64,000 nt of DNA from Saprospiraceae bacterium (GTDB lineage Bacteria; Bacteroidota; Bacteroidia; Chitinophagales; Saprospiraceae). Numbering within the stretch: the first letter of the stretch is position 1; each line of letters starts with the position of its first letter. The stretch is taken from NCBI GenBank assembly GCA_033722295.1, contig JAWVZH010000001.1:632-64631 (forward strand), in the 5' to 3' direction. Under the pieces are notes generated by a model. It was not told where the DNA came from and did not search any database. It saw nothing but the letters and a program-made list of their open reading frames with translations. A program made the translations under genes and the position numbers. Positions 21,267 through 31,600 of the stretch are shown one piece after another.

Positions 21267-23738
21267 ATGAGGTTTTCGCTGTTGATATCCTTTATGCTTG
21301 TGTGCCTGTCTCTTTCAAATGCCCAGTACATGGTATATGGTACGATCACCGATGAAGAGGGAGAGCCGTATCCCGGAATAAAGGTTGAAATTGATGAGAC
21401 AGATCATCAAACCACTACTGATGAGGACGGATTCTATATGTTCGAGGATGTCGAACCGGCAGATTACGCGGTTATTGTACACCATCCCTATGGAGAGGTC
21501 TACAGAGCGCTTTATGTCTATGAAGAAGATCAGGAGTTCAATATCAAGATAAGGAGAAGGATAGAATTCGATGAGGTGATCGTTAAGAATACCCGCATAA
21601 CGGGGGAGGAGCCTTTCAATAAGGAAGACATTTCATCAGAATATATCGACAAGAATAATTCGGCAAAGGATGTGCCCTATATCTTCAGAAAGTTGCGATC
21701 CACGGTCGTAAATTCTGATGCCGGGAATGGAGTTGGTTATACCGGTATCCGTATACGCGGACTGGATCCGGGACATGTCAATGTGAGCATCAACGGTATT
21801 CCACTGAATGATGCTGAGTCTCAGCTGGTGTTTTGGGTGGACCTGCCGGATATCCTAAGTTCTACAGAAAGTATACAGCTTCAGCGGGGCCTGGGGTCGT
21901 CATCATTTGGATCTGGCAACTTTGGTGCCTCTGTCAACCTTAACACGAATAAAACACATATAGAGCCATACATTACGGCCAGGACCGGTTATGGCAGTTT
22001 TAATACTTATCGCGGTAGTATAGCTCTGGGTACCGGTTTGATGAACGGCAGGTTCAGCCTTGACGGTCGAGCATCATTTACTCATTCCGATGGGTATATA
22101 GACCGGGCACGCTCTGACCTTAGATCTTTCTATTTGTCGGGCGCCTTTATTGGTTTGAACAGCTCATTGAGACTGAATGTCATCAACGGGCATGAGATCA
22201 CCTATCAGGCCTGGAATGGAGTCCCCTATTCCTATGCGGATGATGAAGACCTTAGAACTTTCAATTCTGCTGGCATGGAAAAGGTGAAAGAAGCCGGTGA
22301 CACACCGTATGACGATGAAGTTGATAATTATAATCAGACCCATTACCAACTATTTTACAATAAGATGTATTCCAATGGTGACTTTACCCTAACTGGTTTT
22401 TATACGAGGGGAAGAGGCTTTTTCGAGAACTATCGGGCCGACCAGGAATTGTCAGATTTTAACTTCTTCCCGATCGATTCAATTTCAGGAGATACGATAA
22501 GAACAGACGACCTGGTAAGAAGAAAATGGTTGGACAACCATTTTTACGGGATTAATCTGGCTCGCAACTTTGAATTTGAAAATACCATCATAAAATCGGG
22601 TTTACATGGCAGCCGATATCAGGGTGAGCACTATGGTACTGTCATTTTTACAGAAGAACTTGGCTCGTTCAGGTTCCCATTCGAGTATTACAGAAATGAT
22701 GCGGTCAAACATGAAGCGTCCGCTTTTGTCAAGGTTCAACAGGGCATAGGTAACAGATTTTTTCTCTTCGGAGACTTACAATATCGATTCGTGGATTATC
22801 AATATGGCGGAGGAACAGATGATAACGGTCGGTTGCAAAAAGGGGATGTGCAGTACAACTTTTTCAACCCAAAGGCAGGCGTTTCTTATAGGATCACAGA
22901 AGAGCTCCGGGCATTTGGCTCTGTAGCTCGTGGTAATCGCGAGCCCAACCGTGATGACTTTATAGAGGCTGGCCCACGATCAGAGCCAAGACACGAAGAA
23001 TTAACGGATTACGAGGTGGGTATGGAGTACCAGGACAACAGGGCCCGACTGGGTCTTTATGGCTATTATATGGATTACAAGAATCAATTGGTCCTTACAG
23101 GTCGGATCAATGATGTTGGTGAGTACGCGAGGGTCAATGTGCCAAATTCTTACAGAATGGGTATAGAGCTGGATGCTCAGTTCGAGGTTTTTGACGGCCT
23201 CACAACCTCTTTTAATGCGACGTTTAGCGAGAATAAAATCGAGTCATTCACAGAATACGTGGATGATTGGGATACTGGGGAACAGTTCACCCGGGAATTC
23301 AAGGATACTGATATTTCATTTTCTCCCGGTGTGATCGGCTTTGTAGGCTTGAACTATACCTGGGATGATATCAACCTGTTAGCCCTCACCGATCAGTTGT
23401 CCTTTAGCCTGGACCACAAGTACGTGGGTGAACAGTATCTGGATAATACGATGACCGAGGAAGCCAAGTTGGACGCATTTTCGTATGGTGAATTTGAGGT
23501 CGCCTATAGTACGAGTTATGAGTGGATAAAGGATCTGCGATTGAGCTTCAGGATCATCAATATCTGGGATGAGCTCTATGAAAGCAACGGCTGGATCTAC
23601 AGGTTTAGAACTTCAGAACCGTCCAATGTCGATGGAGACCCTTATGCCCGGAGAGAAATGGGGAACTTATACAATTTGACGGGTCTATATCCTCAGGCAG
23701 GACGGCACTTCATGACATCGTTAACCGTCAAGTTCTAA
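21267..23738 (+). CDS. TonB-dependent outer-membrane receptor (TPP-riboswitch controlled; likely thiamine or precursor uptake)
   Basis: Signal peptide, CarboxypepD_reg-like N-domain (GTITDEEGEPYPGIKV), plug domain (IRIRGLD...VSINGIPLND), and a beta-barrel ending in an aromatic residue (TVKF). Confidence 0.9.
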   Translation: MRFSLLISFMLVCLSLSNAQYMVYGTITDEEGEPYPGIKVEIDETDHQTTTDEDGFYMFEDVEPADYAVIVHHPYGEVYRALYVYEEDQEFNIKIRRRIEFDEVIVKNTRITGEEPFNKEDISSEYIDKNNSAKDVPYIFRKLRSTVVNSDAGNGVGYTGIRIRGLDPGHVNVSINGIPLNDAESQLVFWVDLPDILSSTESIQLQRGLGSSSFGSGNFGASVNLNTNKTHIEPYITARTGYGSFNTYRGSIALGTGLMNGRFSLDGRASFTHSDGYIDRARSDLRSFYLSGAFIGLNSSLRLNVINGHEITYQAWNGVPYSYADDEDLRTFNSAGMEKVKEAGDTPYDDEVDNYNQTHYQLFYNKMYSNGDFTLTGFYTRGRGFFENYRADQELSDFNFFPIDSISGDTIRTDDLVRRKWLDNHFYGINLARNFEFENTIIKSGLHGSRYQGEHYGTVIFTEELGSFRFPFEYYRNDAVKHEASAFVKVQQGIGNRFFLFGDLQYRFVDYQYGGGTDDNGRLQKGDVQYNFFNPKAGVSYRITEELRAFGSVARGNREPNRDDFIEAGPRSEPRHEELTDYEVGMEYQDNRARLGLYGYYMDYKNQLVLTGRINDVGEYARVNVPNSYRMGIELDAQFEVFDGLTTSFNATFSENKIESFTEYVDDWDTGEQFTREFKDTDISFSPGVIGFVGLNYTWDDINLLALTDQLSFSLDHKYVGEQYLDNTMTEEAKLDAFSYGEFEVAYSTSYEWIKDLRLSFRIINIWDELYESNGWIYRFRTSEPSNVDGDPYARREMGNLYNLTGLYPQAGRHFMTSLTVKF

Positions 23739-23772
23739 GCGCTCATTCTGGCAATAGGTTGTATCGCACTCA

Positions 23773-24378
23773 CTAGAACAGATAGGTAAAGCCGAATCGA
23801 AATGAGATCGGAAGCTCAACTGTGTCTTCCGGAGCAAGCAAGTCATACAAAATATAGATCTCTGAACCCCAAGGATAACCAGAATTGTATCCCAGACCGA
23901 GCAGGAATTGGTCGCTGCCCAACCGATCCGTCTCAATGCCGCCATTCCTGAACACTGGTATGGCTTGATTGATGTAACCGTATTCTGCGTGTGCAAAAAG
24001 TATATCAAAGAATCTTAGGCGCCCGAAAACACCTCCGCCATAGTTGACTGCTGTATTTTTTTCAACTGAGATTCCATTATCATATCTACCTGTCAGCAAG
24101 CTGACCTCCATTCTTGGGCCAACTGAAACAATATCTGTAATTTTGTAGCCAACCATTGGGGAGATTCCCACGAAAAACTCACTACTTTGGAAGCCGGGAA
24201 GCCCTCCACCAAAAAAACCCAGAGCAAATCCGCCGCCATACCAAAGCTTATCGACCAGTTTGGGTTGTTCTTGACGTGATCGGTCCGATCGTTTAGATCT
24301 TTGTGAAAAGGTCGTGGTATAAACGAAGAGGCCAAGTAGTATGAGTAAAGATGAACGAATCCAGAATTTGTTTGTCAT
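23773..24378 (-). CDS. Small outer-membrane beta-barrel protein
   Basis: Signal peptide from the ATG at 24378 (the track start at 24390 is a GTG). Alternating Gly/aromatic beta-strand pattern and a C-terminal F (FGFTYLF). Confidence 0.6.
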   Translation of the reverse strand: MTNKFWIRSSLLILLGLFVYTTTFSQRSKRSDRSRQEQPKLVDKLWYGGGFALGFFGGGLPGFQSSEFFVGISPMVGYKITDIVSVGPRMEVSLLTGRYDNGISVEKNTAVNYGGGVFGRLRFFDILFAHAEYGYINQAIPVFRNGGIETDRLGSDQFLLGLGYNSGYPWGSEIYILYDLLAPEDTVELPISFRFGFTYLF

Positions 24379-24472
24379 TGTATTGAGCACTTATGTTTAA
24401 ACGGGAAAAATAGAGCGATTTAGATATATATTTTACTAAACACGCAGAATTAGAAATTTCTTTGCGGTTTTT

Positions 24473-24480
24473 TAATTTTG
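24473..24480 (+). promoter_or_regulatory. -7 box TAATTTTG
   Basis: TAnnTTTG match 38 nt upstream of the ATG at 24518. Confidence 0.35.
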
Positions 24481-24517
24481 CTAATTATTTAATTATCAAG
24501 AAAAAATTAACGCACCA

Positions 24518-27500
24518 ATGCGATACAGCCTACTTAGTTTATTGATAATCATAATATTAGGTAGTGGGTCCCTGGACGCACAATCTGTCATTAAAGGAAC
24601 GACATTAGATCAGGATAAGTACGAAGTCCTATGGAAGAAATTCGAATATTTTGACCTCTTCCAGCTTGACGCGAAGCAATTGAACTCAGCAGTGAACGAC
24701 CCGGCTGAGGACAATACAGTAATTCTGGAACTGGGTGGATATGATTGGGAGATGGAACTTTATCCTAATGACTTACACCAGTACAATTATACCTCTGTCC
24801 TATTTGAGGATGGCCAGATAAAGAAAGGTCACAAACTGCCGGTCATTTCGTACAGTGGTCGATTGAAAGGCAATCCAGCATCCCGGATTGATATTACCAT
24901 TACGGACGAGATGATCCTGGGAATCGTGGACAATGGAAGAGAAAGATACTTCATAGAGAAAGTTCGAAATATAGTTGAAACAGCAGGAGGCAGGGATTAC
25001 ATCATCTATAACGTGAACAGCATTATTCAGGAGGCTGAACTCACTTGTGGAATGGATGAGATCCAGCAGAAAGAAAAGGAAGCTAAAGATCAGAATCCAA
25101 GACCTGAAGGACCGGAATCCATGGCATGTTATGACGCAGTAGTTGCGCTTGCGACGGATGCGGGTATGGCTACTCGCCACGGTGGCGGTTCAGGTGCGCA
25201 ATCTCATGTAATAGGAATCCTGACACTTGTTCAGGCGAACTATGATGATGAATTTCAGGATGAGATCAACTTTGTGATCGGCGCTCATTTCAACGCTACG
25301 GGCACAAACCCTGCCGCCTGGAATTACAGCTCGATCGGTGCGCTACTGTCTTCTTTCAGAAGTTGGGCAAACGGTAATGGTTTTGGTACAACTGCGTATG
25401 ACGTAGCTACACTCTGGACAGCAACGAGCTTTGGCGGCACCATCGGACTCGCCTATCTGGGCACCGTATGCGGTGGCAGCAGATATAATGTCTGCGTGGA
25501 TTTTACAGGTAACAGTAACAGTCTTAGATGTCTTCAGGCCCATGAGTTAGGACATAATTTTGGATTGACTCACGATGCCTCGGGTTCACCACATATCATG
25601 GCACCTACTCTGAATGGCTCCAGCACCTGGTCTGCCCAGAGTAAGTCACAGATGAATTCCAATATTCCATATCCCTGCATGGGAGCCTGCGCAGGAGGAA
25701 CACCACCGACAGCTGACTTTATTGGTTCACCCCAAGAAGGATGTCGCCCTTTCAATGTTTCATTTACAGATCTCTCTTCCAATAACCCCACCCAATGGAG
25801 ATGGACATTTCCAGGAGGGTCACCAGCGACCTCTTCCCAGAGAAACCCTACAGTGAGTTATTCGACTCCGGGTGTGTATGACGTCGAATTGGAAGTGAGC
25901 AACAATGCCGGCTCTGATATCCTGACCAGGCGCAACTATATTACCGTAGGTGATGTGCCTGTTCCCAATTTTACGACCAACGTTATATTGGACGAAGTGA
26001 TATTTAAAGATGAATCCATCATCTACGGTTCTGCCGATTATTTATGGGATTTTGGTGATGGTAACTTTTCTTCAGAAGTCAATCCTACCCATACCTATGA
26101 ACTGGATGGAATATACATCGTCACACTGACCCTTACGTCAATGTGTGGTTCGCAAAGTATTCAGAAATCTGTAGAGATCATCACCCCACCTACAGCGGAG
26201 TTCAGATCGGACACTACAGAATTGTGCAGCGGCACATTTATTACATACACCAATTTATCCTCATATAATAGCAACACCTTCAAGTGGTTTTTTGAAGGTG
26301 GAGACCCGGAAACATCCTCAAAGGAAACCCCCACGATCTATTATGATTCTGCAGGAGTCTTTGATGTAGAGCTGATCGTTACAAATAAGCGATATCGAGA
26401 TCTCGAAAAGAAAGCCAATTATATTGAGGTGGATACCCAAGCGGTGGCTGAATTCAGTTCGGATGTAGATCTTGAGTCTCTTGAAGTTCAGTTTACCAAT
26501 GAAACACCAAATGGGCGATCATTCAAATGGTTGTTCGGCGATGGTGAGGATAGTAAGAAAGAGAATCCCCAACATACCTATGCCAAGGATTCATTTTATG
26601 ATGTGACATTCATAACGAGTAATCATTGTGGCGTTGATAGTATCGAGAGAACTATCCAGGTAGGCAGGTTGCCGGAGGCTGGCTTTCAGTCGGATGAGAC
26701 CGATGGATGTCTGCCTATGACGATTACTTTCGAGGATACCTCCTCGGAAAATACAACCAAGCGAATATGGAAATTCGAAGGAGGTGATCCTTTGTCTTCA
26801 ACTGATGAAAGCCCCACCGTTTCCTATAACTCTGTCGGACAGTATAAAGTCACACTGATTGCCATTAATGGCATAGGAAACGATACGGTGATCAAAGAGG
26901 ATTACATTTCGATAGAAGATGAACCGGTGTCTGATTTTCAGTTTACCAGAAATGGTTATGAGATCGACTTTGAGAATGAGTCAGAGGGCGCTACGGACTT
27001 TGAATGGGATTTTGGCGATGGAAATACAAGTGATGAAGAGAGTCCGACGCATACTTATGCTGGTGACGGAGAATATAATGTCGTTTTGATCGTGTCTAAC
27101 TCCTGCGGAATGGATACCATGGAAAAAGAGGTCTCTATTTCTAACAGGCCTCATGCCAACTTTGATGCGGATGTATATGTCGGATGTTTGCCATTAAGTG
27201 TTAAGTTTCGAGATCAATCCTCTACCAATACGGAAAGTGTAGAGTGGATCATACCGGGAGGTAGTCCGTCCTCCACCACGGAACGAGAGCCGGTGATAAC
27301 ATTCAACAATGCAGGTTTGTATCGTGTGACTTTAGTGGCTAAGAATGCTTTTGGTACAGACACCATAGAAAAGCAGGATTTTATTGAAGTACTGGATGTG
27401 CCTGAGGCTGAATTTGACTATTCACTGAATGGATTCAACGTGGCATTTACAGTTGATTCCAAATTTGGAAAGGACTTCATGTGGGATTTCGGTGATGGTG

Positions 27501-28372
27501 AGGTCAGTGATATGGAGAATCCAACTCATGTTTATACAGATGAAGGAGTTTACAACATAACGCTCATCGTAAGCAATATCTGTGGTTCAGATACTCTGTC
27601 AGAGGATATTACGGTCACACCAAGACCTATTGTCAACTTCATGAGTGATGTGAACGAGATCTGTATAGGAGATACCGTGAGATTTGAGGACAACTCCATG
27701 AATGACCCCACAGCTTGGATGTGGACATTTGAAGGAGGAACGCCTGCTTCGAGTACTGAAGAAAATCCGGTCATCATCTATAATGATCCTGGAATTTTCT
27801 CAGTGACCCTGGAGGCTTCCAATCAATTTGGTTCTAATGAATCTGTATTGGATGATTATATCACCGTATATGATGATCCGATGGCGACATTTGATTTCGG
27901 TACTCAGGGCGTGAGAGTGAATTTTGAAAATAACAGCGAGCACTATAATTCTATCATGTGGGACTTTGGTGATGGAGAAAATAGTACCGAGCTTGAGCCC
28001 AGTCACCTATATGCACGGCCCGGTACTTATACTGTTACACTTACAGTGGAAAATCCATGTGGGGTCTCTCAGTATATTGAAGAAGTTACAGTAAAGTATA
28101 AAGATCTTGACATCGTCATGACTTCACCTCCGCCTGCTCCCAACCCCACGACGGGAGAGGTGTTAGTGGAACACTATGGCCCACCTGCGGATAACATATC
28201 AATTTTCGTGTCCGGTTTGGATGGTCAGTTAGATCAGCTCTATCAGGGAGATTTCGCGAACGGTGAATTACAGGAGACCCTGAATTTGAGCGGTTATAGT
28301 GAAGGAACTTACTTCCTGTTCTTCAGAACGGATCATGAGGTGAGAATGGAGAAGGTGGTCATACAGCGATAG
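24518..28372 (+). CDS. Secreted reprolysin-like (HExxHxxGxxHD) zinc metalloprotease with 10 PKD domains and a T9SS type-A C-terminal sorting domain
   Basis: Signal peptide, HELGHNFGLTHD at 25541-25576, repeated WDFGDG PKD signatures, and a C-terminal ~80 aa ending GTYFLFFRTDHEVRMEKVVIQR. Confidence 0.85.
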   Translation: MRYSLLSLLIIIILGSGSLDAQSVIKGTTLDQDKYEVLWKKFEYFDLFQLDAKQLNSAVNDPAEDNTVILELGGYDWEMELYPNDLHQYNYTSVLFEDGQIKKGHKLPVISYSGRLKGNPASRIDITITDEMILGIVDNGRERYFIEKVRNIVETAGGRDYIIYNVNSIIQEAELTCGMDEIQQKEKEAKDQNPRPEGPESMACYDAVVALATDAGMATRHGGGSGAQSHVIGILTLVQANYDDEFQDEINFVIGAHFNATGTNPAAWNYSSIGALLSSFRSWANGNGFGTTAYDVATLWTATSFGGTIGLAYLGTVCGGSRYNVCVDFTGNSNSLRCLQAHELGHNFGLTHDASGSPHIMAPTLNGSSTWSAQSKSQMNSNIPYPCMGACAGGTPPTADFIGSPQEGCRPFNVSFTDLSSNNPTQWRWTFPGGSPATSSQRNPTVSYSTPGVYDVELEVSNNAGSDILTRRNYITVGDVPVPNFTTNVILDEVIFKDESIIYGSADYLWDFGDGNFSSEVNPTHTYELDGIYIVTLTLTSMCGSQSIQKSVEIITPPTAEFRSDTTELCSGTFITYTNLSSYNSNTFKWFFEGGDPETSSKETPTIYYDSAGVFDVELIVTNKRYRDLEKKANYIEVDTQAVAEFSSDVDLESLEVQFTNETPNGRSFKWLFGDGEDSKKENPQHTYAKDSFYDVTFITSNHCGVDSIERTIQVGRLPEAGFQSDETDGCLPMTITFEDTSSENTTKRIWKFEGGDPLSSTDESPTVSYNSVGQYKVTLIAINGIGNDTVIKEDYISIEDEPVSDFQFTRNGYEIDFENESEGATDFEWDFGDGNTSDEESPTHTYAGDGEYNVVLIVSNSCGMDTMEKEVSISNRPHANFDADVYVGCLPLSVKFRDQSSTNTESVEWIIPGGSPSSTTEREPVITFNNAGLYRVTLVAKNAFGTDTIEKQDFIEVLDVPEAEFDYSLNGFNVAFTVDSKFGKDFMWDFGDGEVSDMENPTHVYTDEGVYNITLIVSNICGSDTLSEDITVTPRPIVNFMSDVNEICIGDTVRFEDNSMNDPTAWMWTFEGGTPASSTEENPVIIYNDPGIFSVTLEASNQFGSNESVLDDYITVYDDPMATFDFGTQGVRVNFENNSEHYNSIMWDFGDGENSTELEPSHLYARPGTYTVTLTVENPCGVSQYIEEVTVKYKDLDIVMTSPPPAPNPTTGEVLVEHYGPPADNISIFVSGLDGQLDQLYQGDFANGELQETLNLSGYSEGTYFLFFRTDHEVRMEKVVIQR
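25700..28098 (+). repeat. Five tandem ~480-nt dyads, each encoding two different PKD subtypes
   Basis: Strict alternation of a W.W.F.GG.P..S type with a WDFGDG type, five times each, seen in the translation. Confidence 0.8.
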
Positions 28373-28394
28373 ATAGTAATGTCAAAATATCGTT

Positions 28395-28431
28395 GGGGAA
28401 GACAGTTCGAATCGTCTTCCCCTTCTTTTTT
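28395..28431 (+). terminator. Rho-independent terminator
   Basis: GGGGAAGAC/GTCTTCCCC 9-bp stem followed by TTCTTTTTT. Confidence 0.75.
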
Positions 28432-28608
28432 GCAGCTATTTGTCATGGTCGGGCATCATAATTGTACGGATATAATCTTGGACCATTACAAACGTTATAC
28501 CGCGAGTGGTTTGTAATTTAAAGGATGTGAACTATCCGAGAGAGGATCGACTTGTCTATGATAGACAGGTCACATACAGGCGTGACGCGATACAATGAAT
28601 TTGATCTG

Positions 28609-31600
28609 ATGAAGATAATGCGCCACCTGGGATTATTTTTCTTGCTCCTCCCTGGAGTAGTGGCATCCCAATGCCGCATAGATACCAACATTCAGCTCAG
28701 AGAAGTTGATACATTAAATCTCACCATAGATATTGAAGGTGCTCTGAATAACGACCTTTCTGATCCCGACCAGGGTCTGTGTAAGGTTAGGGTCAATTTT
28801 GAACATGAATTTCTGGGCGACCTTCAGGTTTTCATCGAATCGCCATCCGGGCAGATGGTTCAATTGATGGGGCCAACAGGTAATTTTGGACTGACCCAGT
28901 TCTCTACATGGGATGTGTGCTTCCTGCCCAACAGCGAACCTGTTTCTCCAGACGCGGGATTTAATGATCGCTGGTCCAATAATCAACTCTGGGGGGCCTT
29001 TGCCGGAACTTATACGGGATCCTATCACGTATTTTTTGGCGACCTGGCTGATCTTGATACAGGTCCGGTCAATGGGACCTGGACATTGAGATTTGTGGAC
29101 AGAACTATCTTTTACGTGGGGAAGGTACTTGGTTTTGAACTGTCTTTTTGTGACAGTACGGGTGTCATGTGCCAGCCCTGTCAGCCGGGATCCTTCGATC
29201 TTGAAGTGCCGGACAGGATTTTTTGCGAAGGCGATTCTCTTCTTGACTTTACTGTAGATACGGAATACTCTGACCAACCGGACTCGATACTTTATGAACC
29301 TGTCATCTATGTGGTCGACAGTACAGATTTGATAAGAGATATCGGGCGTAATGTAAAATTGAGCGACGCTTCACCGGGCACTTACAGGATCTGTGGTCTG
29401 AGCTATTATTTGCCGCATGATCCTCTGTTACCTGGAGTAGGTGATAACTGGGAAAAGTTCAGGGACAGCACGCAAAAAGGAGATATAGCCATTTGTTATG
29501 GCTTCATGGGTTGTCAACAAATCAGGATTCGGTCTCATTCCGATACCACAAGAATAACTGAGACCATTTGCCGCGGCGATACGATTGATATATTTGACGA
29601 TCAGTATTTCGAAACAGGTCGCTATGTCCTCAAGGATCAAAACCTCGTTGGTTGTGACAGTGTGGTATTATTGGAACTTACCGTAGTTGACTTCGTACCG
29701 GAGGTTGTTCTGGACACCCTCGATTGTATAAACTCAACAGTTATTTTAGACGGGTCGGCAAGTATAGGTCCTGCTGGTTTTACTATGGAGTGGAGCACTG
29801 ACCAGGGAATGATAGAGGATACACTCGATGAAGGGATAATACGTGTTTCACAGTCCGGGCAGTACACACTGGTGCTTTCTGCCGGGCAGTGCACAGACTC
29901 ATTGGTCGTTGAAGTCATAGAAGATGATGAAGTGCCTCAGTTAGAAATACTGGGTGACACTTTGAATTGCACTAATACCTCTGTTGTTCTGTATAGTACT
30001 ACCAGTGCGGATCAGCCGACTTACCAGTGGCAATTTGGCGGAAACATTGTTGGAGATGACGATTCGTTATTCGTGGATACTGCCGGTATGTATCAATTGA
30101 CAGTCACGGATGACAATGGATGTTCCAAGTCGCAAAGTTTCCGGGTATTTGTCGACACTGTATCGCCTGATCCGGAAGTAAGGGTTGATAGTATCACTTG
30201 TCTTTCTGATACAGCAGAAGTTTTTCTCCTTGACTCTTTAAATTTTCAGAGCGTACAATGGGAGGGACCTGGAAACTTTACCTCTTTCCAAAGCAGGATA
30301 CTTCTCGATGAGCCCGGAACATTCGTAGTGACGGTAGAAGCGGAAAATGGATGTGTCGACTCTCTTGCCGTTGAAGTAAGAGATATTCGGGATTTTCCCA
30401 TGATCACATTCAAGACTGATACCATCACTTGCCAGAATGAGGAAGCGGATATAGTAGCTATACCCAACATGAGAGTTTCAAGTTATGAGTGGGAGGGACC
30501 GGGGGGATTCATTTCCGAAGACAGTAGTGTCACGGTTGTTGAACCCGGATTATATCGACTTAGTGTAACAGGGGAAAACGGTTGTGAGGTCGATACCGCC
30601 ATTGAAATATTGAGTGAAAGGGAGCTTTTGGATCTCAGACTTTTCGCGGACTCACTGGAGTGTGGGAAAAGCAGCCCTAAGGCCTGGTACACGGTGGAAG
30701 CAAGCTTTCAGAATTCTATGTGGACCACTCCTTCAGGTCAGCAGGTGGCCACCGATTCTGTATTATTAGATCGTGAGGGTTTTTATCGATTATTGGTGAC
30801 AACTCCGAAAGGATGCATATATGCGGATAGCATCTTTATTACTGACTATCGTAATGTATACGATGCTGTTCTAAATGGTGGAAAGATAAGCTGTAAGGAT
30901 GACTCTGTGACTGTCGCAGCCCGAACGGGAGTGGGTAAACTTGATTATACCTGGTTTTATTCCGGAAGGCAGGTCGGAGCAGATAGTGCTATTTTGGTAG
31001 GTCAGGCCGGGTGGTACTCTGTGGTCATTGAAGACAGCAGCGATTGCCAGTATTCCGATTCCATTCTTGTGGTAGCTGATACCAGTTCTCCAGATATCAG
31101 GATCATGGGTGACTCGGTCCTATCTTGTTCTGAGCTATTCTCTGAGATCAGAATAGAAAGTGACAGTATACTATCAAATATTCAGTGGGTGGGTCCCAAT
31201 GGCTTATTAGGGGATGATAGGGTCGTACGAATTGATCAACCCGGACTTTATGTCGTTTCTGCCGAAGCAAGTAATGGGTGTGTGGCTTATGACTCATTAT
31301 TGATATCTCAGGATACGACAAAACCCGCTTTTGACATTACAGGAGGCACAATAACCTGCGATCAAAGTACTGTCATTCTGGAACCGACAAGACAGGAGAA
31401 TAATTGGAGGTTTGAATGGATACTCCCCAATTCGGATACCTCAGAACAATTGGATCTTGAAGTAACGGTCCCTGGCACATATGCGCTTTTAGTGACCAAT
31501 GAGGGAAATGGTTGCCGCACATTAAGGAGTATTGAAATTTTAAGCGACACGATGACTCCTGAAGTGAATGTGAGAGATACTTCCCTGGCCTGTCCATCCG

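Noticed and set aside
29572-29580. RGD tripeptide (ICRGDTIDIF) in the P-domain protein
   Set aside because: A three-residue motif is expected by chance in a 1472-aa protein, and there is no supporting context for integrin-type binding.
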